A stretch of 32,171 nt of DNA from Bdellovibrionota bacterium (GTDB lineage Bacteria > Bdellovibrionota > Bdellovibrionia > Bdellovibrionales > JAEYZS01): contig CAUJEF010000079.1 in assembly GCA_963169515.1 (NCBI GenBank), positions 1-32,171 on the forward strand, in the 5' to 3' direction. The notes under the pieces are model-generated. The model was given only the letters and a program-made list of their open reading frames with translations, was not told where the DNA came from and did not search any database. Positions within the stretch are counted from its first letter, which is position 1; each line of letters opens with the position of its first letter. The translations under genes were made by a program, and so were the position numbers. Shown here piece by piece: positions 26,699 through 32,171 of the stretch.

Positions 26699-27247
26699 TT
26701 ACCGCCGCGATGAAGGTGTGCGCCTGCCAGATCGAGTGCTTCGACTGCTTACCATAGATCGGCCTATAGATCGCCTAGATCTACGTGAGCTACCTTGGCC
26801 GCTTGCGCTTCGTGTCTTCCTACTTGCAGGTCTCCCGCTTCGCTTCCATGAACTGCCGCGGCCATATTCGGCGTCGTAATCGTCATAGTATATGTTCCCA
26901 GTTGATTGCGTTCTGTATCTGCTTGAAGAAGCACTTCCGTAGTCACCGCCGTAGTCACTGTAGCGGCTTGAACTTCGTCGCATTCGACTTGAACTTCGCG
27001 TTGGTCGACTGTATCTGCTTTCATCGTAATAGTCCCTGCCACGCCCGCCGTGACTTGCGCGGCCCCCACGGCTGGCGATTTCGCGTTGCTCCTCAGGGTC
27101 CATTGCAGCAAATCCTCTTGGTCCTCTATGCTTAGCGCGGCCTCCACGGCTGGCTATTTTACGTTGTTCCTCGGGATCCATTGAAGCAAATCCACGGCGT
27201 GAAGTACCATCTCTTGAGGACCGTTGTTGATGAGATCGGCTTGGCAT
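26699..27247 (-). CDS. KGG-repeat (Con-10/YciG/GsiB-like) general stress protein with long R/S/Y/G-rich tail
   Basis: AGGAGG Shine-Dalgarno; two RGFA(S/A)MDPEEQR.IASRGGRA.H repeats. Confidence 0.85.
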   Translation of the reverse strand: MPSRSHQQRSSRDGTSRRGFASMDPEEQRKIASRGGRAKHRGPRGFAAMDPEEQREIASRGGRASHGGRGRDYYDESRYSRPTRSSSRMRRSSSRYSDYGGDYGSASSSRYRTQSTGNIYYDDYDAEYGRGSSWKRSGRPASRKTRSASGQGSSRRSRRSIGRSMVSSRSTRSGRRTPSSRR

Positions 27248-27297
27248 ATCTATCCTCCTGTTATCGGTATAGGTAAAAAAATGCTACACAAAATAAG

Positions 27298-27313
27298 TGC
27301 AACTCTTATGCCG
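27298..27313 (-). promoter_or_regulatory. Putative sigma54 promoter of the KGG gene
   Basis: Minus strand CGGCATAAGAGTTGCA, GG-N10-GC. Confidence 0.65.
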
Positions 27314-27394
27314 CAATACTATTTGCGATGCTGCTGTTGAACGGGAACATTTCCACATTATGAGGTTTTTTGCCTCTGATATTTCCTTTCTAAT

Positions 27395-27411
27395 TTGGTC
27401 CGTGATTTGCA
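27395..27411 (+). promoter_or_regulatory. Putative sigma54 promoter of the DUF4383-like gene
   Basis: TTGGTCCGTGATTTGCA; GG(27397-98)-N10-GC(27409-10). Confidence 0.55.
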
Positions 27412-27451
27412 CTTTTTTAATCTGAAGAATTAATCTGAAAAAGGCGGAAAT

Positions 27452-27883
27452 ATGAACCTTAACATACGAACATTTACATTTGGAATTGGGGTGGCCTTCT
27501 CTGCTTTTGGGATCCTAGGTTTCATTCCAGGAATTACTCATGCACCGCTGATCACGGATCCAAGCATGACGTTGAACGTCTCTTACGGTCGCCTTTTTGG
27601 ATTATTCCCGGTAAACATCTTGCACAATTTGATCCATTTGGGATTTGGAATTTGGGCGGTAGTTGCAGCTCGCGATACGTATTTCTCTCGAGATTTTTGC
27701 AAAGTAAGTTCCGTGCTATACATGATCATAGCGGTAATTGGAATTGTTCCTGGCTTAAATACTGTATTTGGTCTGATTCCACTTTTTGGACATGATGTGT
27801 GGTTACATATCGGAATTGCCGCTGTGACAGGATACTACGGCTACGTCTGGAAAGGTGTCAGTGAGCACCGAAGGTCAACCTAA
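27452..27883 (+). CDS. DUF4383-like four-TM membrane protein
   Basis: GILGFIPG, LFGLFPVNILHNLIHL.FG, D.WLH. Confidence 0.8.
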   Translation: MNLNIRTFTFGIGVAFSAFGILGFIPGITHAPLITDPSMTLNVSYGRLFGLFPVNILHNLIHLGFGIWAVVAARDTYFSRDFCKVSSVLYMIIAVIGIVPGLNTVFGLIPLFGHDVWLHIGIAAVTGYYGYVWKGVSEHRRST

Positions 27884-28668
27884 AGCTTGCACTGTGGTAA
27901 TGCGCCTTGGCTTTTTCTGACCTCATATTTTTCAAGTGCGCTTGACATTTTTTTATTTAAATCGTTGATGCGGGTTCCGTGCGAAGGATGGGTGGACATA
28001 AATTCTGGCGGCGAGCCGCCAGCAAACTTCGACATATTCTGCCACAGCAAAATACTTTCCCGAGGGTCGAACCCAGCGTGTGCCATAAGATCAAGGCCAA
28101 TTATGTCAGCCTCGGATTCTTGTGTTCTGCTATGTGGGAGGATAATTCCATACTGCGCGCCCACTCCCAGCGCCGCCATAAGAAGAGAGTGATTTTTATT
28201 TCCCTTTTTGGTAGCGGCGTCCAGGATTTGCAAACCGCCGGAAATAAGAAAGGCTTCCGAAACTCGCTCATTAGAATGTTTTGAAATCACATGACCAATT
28301 TCATGTCCTATGACTGCGGCAAGTTGATCAGCAGTCTGTGCGGCTTTAAACATACCTGTGTAGACACCAATATGTCCCCCGGGAAGCGCGAATGCATTTA
28401 CATTGTTATCTCGAAAAACAACAATTTCCCAGTTCTTAACTCCATCAACTGTTCCTGCGACTTGAAGTAATGGGTTAACCACGCAGCGGACATAATTGTT
28501 TGTTCTCAAGTCAGATTCAATGGGTTGCTTTTTCTTTTGATCTTCGAAGGCTTGGGATCCCATAGATGCCATTTGATTTTCGGGTAACGCGATAAACTGC
28601 TTACGTCCTGTTGGAGATGTTGCACAGCCATAGGATAAAAAAGCAATGACGAATAAAAATTTATACAT
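27880..28668 (-). CDS. M48 family metallopeptidase lipoprotein
   Basis: Lipobox SYGC-ATSPTGR; NAFALPGG, HEIGH, SRTQESEAD, STHP. Start moved to ATG 28668. Confidence 0.9.
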   Translation of the reverse strand: MYKFLFVIAFLSYGCATSPTGRKQFIALPENQMASMGSQAFEDQKKKQPIESDLRTNNYVRCVVNPLLQVAGTVDGVKNWEIVVFRDNNVNAFALPGGHIGVYTGMFKAAQTADQLAAVIGHEIGHVISKHSNERVSEAFLISGGLQILDAATKKGNKNHSLLMAALGVGAQYGIILPHSRTQESEADIIGLDLMAHAGFDPRESILLWQNMSKFAGGSPPEFMSTHPSHGTRINDLNKKMSSALEKYEVRKSQGALPQCKL

Positions 28669-28682
28669 GGAAACCTCAGATT

Positions 28683-29198
28683 TTAATTGTTTAGATCGTT
28701 GATTGTCATGTCTGAACGGTTCCACCAGTATTGTTTCTGCGGTGGAAGATGCAATAAAGGATCGCCAGAAAACGTGACCGCATTTGTTGGCGTCTCCTCA
28801 ATTGTAATTTTTGAACACATCACGCCCAAGTTCAATTCATTTAGGAAGGCCTGATACTTCGCTTTAAAGCACAGGGCAATCATTTCAGTCGTCGGGTCGC
28901 CTTGGACGACCAGGTGTCGCCCCTTAGGATTTTCGTTGATCATAAATGCAAGAAGTGGGTCCTTTGAGTTAAATTTGAAACTGTGATCCACATGATTATC
29001 GATCCATTCATGCCACTTTGATTTCAAGACCCAAAAGGGAGTGTGCACGTTTGAAGATAGATTAATTTTATAGTTCTGTGGAAGCGATACTGTCACTTCC
29101 GCATGCCACGTGTGACCGTGTGGCTGTGCACAAAGGGTTTCGCCGTTTTCAATAAACCTGTGGGCGGCTTCCCATTTTCTTCGAAATACCAATTCCAT
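28683..29198 (-). CDS. 6-pyruvoyl-tetrahydropterin synthase / QueD-like protein
   Basis: EAAHR, CAQPHGH, VDH, DPTTE, EETPTN. Confidence 0.85.
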   Translation of the reverse strand: MELVFRRKWEAAHRFIENGETLCAQPHGHTWHAEVTVSLPQNYKINLSSNVHTPFWVLKSKWHEWIDNHVDHSFKFNSKDPLLAFMINENPKGRHLVVQGDPTTEMIALCFKAKYQAFLNELNLGVMCSKITIEETPTNAVTFSGDPLLHLPPQKQYWWNRSDMTINDLNN

Positions 29199-30515
29199 TT
29201 AAAACCCCAGTGGTCGGCCATTGGGAAAATCTAAAACCTCATCTTCAAACATCGCAAGGTTCCCGTGAAGCAAGACTCCCTTGGGCCATCCTGTTATTAC
29301 TTTCCCAGTAAAAGGGCTCCAGCCCGCACGGCTCAAAAGCCATTTTTCTTCAATCTTTCTTTTTTCCTTTAGATCTATAAATGTCAAGGTTGCGTCTGCG
29401 CCTTCGGTTATAAAGGCCCTATTTTTGATTTGAAATTTCAGTATCGGATTCACACTAACAAGCTCCACTAGTTTTTCAAGGCTCAGCCGTCCCTGGTTTA
29501 CGTGATCCAACATGAGAGGAAGCAGGGTCTGCACCCCGGGCATACCTGAAGGACTGTCTGGATAGGGCTTTGTCTTTTCAATAAGTGTGTGTGGGGCATG
29601 GTCTGAGCCCAATACGTCTACTGTACCGTTTTGGATTCCCCTCCAAAGAGCATCATAGTGGCGCTTTTCTCGGATAGGCGGGTTCATTTGGACAAGGGTT
29701 CCGTGTTCTTTATAACAGTCAGGTGCCCATAAAGTTAAAAACTGGGGGGTTGTTTCCACAGTGACTAAATTTTTTTTATCTTTCAAGTATTCAACTTCCT
29801 CTTCTGAGGAAACGTGTAGTATGTGAATGCGGCGATTTGTTTTTTTTGCAAGTTCGACAAGTTTTTTTGTCGAGGTCAGGGCTACAATTTCATCACGCCA
29901 AACGGGATGAGAGATCGGATCCTTAGAGTCTATTGCAATTTTTTTTCTCTCTTTCAGACGATCTTCGTCTTCGCTGTGAAATGCGACTGTGCGATGGGTT
30001 GTCCTTAGAATGTGTTCAATATGCAAGGGATTTGTGAGAAGCAGCGTGCCCGTTGAGCTGCCCACAAAAATTTTTATTCCAGGGCAACCATCCCGAAGTT
30101 CGATATTCTTTACTTCTTTAAAATTTTCTGAAGTACCGCCGACATAAAAAGCGTAATCAACCCACATCCGCTTTTCTGCTAATTTTAGTTTTTGAGTTAG
30201 AGCTTCTGCGGTTGTTGTTGGCGGGTTTGTATTGGGCATTTCAAAAACGCCGGTGATTCCCCCACGAAGGGCTGCTTTGGAGCCTGTTTGCAAATCTTCT
30301 TTGTACTCGGCCCCTGGTTCTCGGAAATGTACTTGGGAATCGATGGGCCCAGGAATAATGTGCAGATGACTGGCGTCGAGAGTTTCAATTGTCGAAAAAT
30401 TCTTTCGCGGCCCCAAGTAGACGATTTTGTCGTCACGAACGCCAATTGAACCCTCTATGAACTTGCCCTTTGAATAGATATTTCGAGAATGAATTAAGAG
30501 CGATAGAGTTTCCAT
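29199..30515 (-). CDS. pyrC: Dihydroorotase
   Basis: PGPIDSQVHFREPG, EMPNTNP, HSED, HILHVS, MNPPIR, GSDHAPH, SPF.G. Confidence 0.9.
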   Translation of the reverse strand: METLSLLIHSRNIYSKGKFIEGSIGVRDDKIVYLGPRKNFSTIETLDASHLHIIPGPIDSQVHFREPGAEYKEDLQTGSKAALRGGITGVFEMPNTNPPTTTAEALTQKLKLAEKRMWVDYAFYVGGTSENFKEVKNIELRDGCPGIKIFVGSSTGTLLLTNPLHIEHILRTTHRTVAFHSEDEDRLKERKKIAIDSKDPISHPVWRDEIVALTSTKKLVELAKKTNRRIHILHVSSEEEVEYLKDKKNLVTVETTPQFLTLWAPDCYKEHGTLVQMNPPIREKRHYDALWRGIQNGTVDVLGSDHAPHTLIEKTKPYPDSPSGMPGVQTLLPLMLDHVNQGRLSLEKLVELVSVNPILKFQIKNRAFITEGADATLTFIDLKEKRKIEEKWLLSRAGWSPFTGKVITGWPKGVLLHGNLAMFEDEVLDFPNGRPLGF

Positions 30516-30534
30516 TGGGTTTAAAGCGTATCAT

Positions 30535-30563
30535 AAAAAAGGGCGCGAAATAAGCGCCCTTTT
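30535..30563 (-). terminator. Rho-independent terminator after htpX
   Basis: GGGCGC-7nt-GCGCCC stem followed by a T run on the minus strand. Confidence 0.7.
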
Positions 30564-30594
30564 GGAAAAACAACACGATTGTTTGATCTGACCG

Positions 30595-31488
30595 TTACTG
30601 ATCGATCCCTCGCTCCAGACGTTGAATTCGTTCATCCAACGGGGGGTGCGAGGACAAAAGTGCCAGTAAACCCGACGGTTTACTTGATATTTTCAATGTA
30701 GCTAATGAGGCGTGTCCGGTATCCACCAATTGAGTCGTCGTTTTCAATGCCTTCAGAGCAGAAATCATTCGCTCGCGCCCGGCAATTCGACCGCCGCCCG
30801 CGTCTGCGCGAAATTCCCGACGACGTGAGTAGTATGCAACAACAAAGGATGCCAACAAGCTCAACAGGATATCCATTACAAGAACAACTCCAAAGTGTAC
30901 GGCACGTCGTGCTTCTTCTTTTACGCTTTGACTGACGGCGAACGCAACCACTCGAGATATGAACATGACAAACGCGTTCAGTACACCCTGGATTAAGGTC
31001 ATTGTGACCATATCGCCGTTTGCGATGTGGGCAATTTCGTGACCCAACACACCTTCAATTTGCTCTTGATTCATTCTATGCAGTAAGCCAGATGAAACGG
31101 CAACAAGTGATCGACTTTTCGTCGGACCCGTCGCAAATGCATTTACTTCGGGGCTATCGTAGATTCCAACCTCAGGCATTGTGGTCAGGCCCGCACGTTT
31201 TGCAAGACTGTAAACAAGCTGCAGAAGTTGTGCTTCGCCACCCTGATTTGCCCTCGGATCAATAACTTTTACGCCCATCATCCATTTTGCAATAATACGA
31301 GAAAGTGAAAGCGATATGAAAGCGCCGCCCATACCCCAAATTAAACAAAACACAAGCAGTGCTTCGTAATCAATGCCCCGTGCTGTTAAGTAAGGTTTAA
31401 CGCCAAGTAGGCTCAGCGTAATAGAAAGAGTGGCGATAACAAGAATGTTTACTGCGAGAAACAAAAATATACGTTTACCAACTGCCAT
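30595..31488 (-). CDS. htpX: Protease HtpX
   Basis: KRIFLFL..N, GMGGAFISL, NAFATG, HEIAHIANGDMVT, SRRREFRAD, SHPPL. Confidence 0.95.
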   Translation of the reverse strand: MAVGKRIFLFLAVNILVIATLSITLSLLGVKPYLTARGIDYEALLVFCLIWGMGGAFISLSLSRIIAKWMMGVKVIDPRANQGGEAQLLQLVYSLAKRAGLTTMPEVGIYDSPEVNAFATGPTKSRSLVAVSSGLLHRMNQEQIEGVLGHEIAHIANGDMVTMTLIQGVLNAFVMFISRVVAFAVSQSVKEEARRAVHFGVVLVMDILLSLLASFVVAYYSRRREFRADAGGGRIAGRERMISALKALKTTTQLVDTGHASLATLKISSKPSGLLALLSSHPPLDERIQRLERGIDQ

Positions 31489-31568
31489 TTTTTTTAACTC
31501 CCTTTTGCCTCAATTGCCCATGAAGTACATCTGCTAAGCAATCGGGCTTAATCGTTGTCGTTGATGAT

Positions 31569-31596
31569 ATTATGGGTATTCCTTTTGGAATGTCAA
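31569..31596 (-). promoter_or_regulatory. Promoter of htpX (sigma70- or sigma32-like)
   Basis: Minus strand TTGACA-16nt-CATAAT, with CCCAT overlapping the -10 box. Confidence 0.5.
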
Positions 31597-31613
31597 ATGC
31601 GATCAAAAGAGCA

Positions 31614-32171
31614 TTAATTGAACTCAAATTCGAGCTTGTTATCTTTAAGGTCCACAGTGATTTCGCCGCCAGCCTCTAGTTTTCCGAAAAGAACTTCATC
31701 CACAAGCGGTTTTTTAATGTGTTCTTGTATGGCGCGTGCCATCGGACGGGCGCCATAGGCCTTATCATAACCCTTTTCCATAAGCCATTTTTTCGCCTCT
31801 TGGGTCACATTCAAATCGACCTTTTTCTTTTTTAATTTCTCCTGAAGTTCAATAATGAATTTTTCGACAATGCGATAGATTACATCATCTGTGAGGTGTG
31901 AAAATTGAATAATGCTGTCTAAACGGTTTAAAAACTCAGGGCTGAACTGAGATTTGATTGCATCCAACGAGTAAGAATTCAAAGTGTCTTTATGCAATCC
32001 AATTTGGTTTTTTGATAATTCACGGGCACCACTGTTTGTTGTCATGATTAAGATCACATTTCTGAAGTCTGCGGTTTTTCCGTTTGAATCCGTCAAACGA
32101 CCGCTATCCATGACTTGTAATAAAATGTTGATTAAATCGGGGTGGGCCTTTTCAATTTCGTCCATTAATAA
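31614..32171 (-). CDS. clpA: ATP-dependent Clp protease ATP-binding subunit ClpA, C-terminal part (truncated by the window edge)
   Basis: LMDEIEKAHPD Walker B of NBD2, G.LTD.NG, FSPEFLNRLD, YGARPMAR.IQ..IKKPL..E.LFG. Confidence 0.88.
   Translation of the reverse strand, partial: LLMDEIEKAHPDLINILLQVMDSGRLTDSNGKTADFRNVILIMTTNSGARELSKNQIGLHKDTLNSYSLDAIKSQFSPEFLNRLDSIIQFSHLTDDVIYRIVEKFIIELQEKLKKKKVDLNVTQEAKKWLMEKGYDKAYGARPMARAIQEHIKKPLVDEVLFGKLEAGGEITVDLKDNKLEFEFN

Noticed and set aside
26625..27147. ORFs 26625-26879, 26764-27147 and 26785-27135
   Set aside because: Alternative frames over the hairpin and the low-complexity KGG gene, which has the SD and the family motif.

Overview
Bacterial chromosomal window running from the 3' part of a tRNA-His gene (left edge) through about 27 kb of accessory genes to housekeeping genes (M48 peptidase, queD-like, pyrC, htpX, partial clpA) at the right edge. 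The accessory region holds, in order: a membrane-anchored HNH-HRDC gene plus a Fic-wHTH gene bracketed by a degenerate 42-bp repeat; a divergent copper locus (ECF sigma, Cys/His membrane protein and copA leftward; cusCBA-like rightward) with two near-identical ECF-type promoters; nirK(+cytochrome c)-nirV-like-sco; four modular 'LFNNCG' lipoproteins with Pro/Thr stalks and variable heads, one flanked by an exact 34-bp direct repeat; Tat-exported PhoD; two putative toxin-antitoxin pairs; PIG-L, clsB-like and EEP genes; a perfect 39-bp-arm hairpin; and general-stress genes preceded by sigma54-type motifs. The FNNC lipoboxes and FliA-like promoter motifs suggest a Bdellovibrionota-like organism, which is inference only. 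All calls come from motif recognition by eye; no searches were run.
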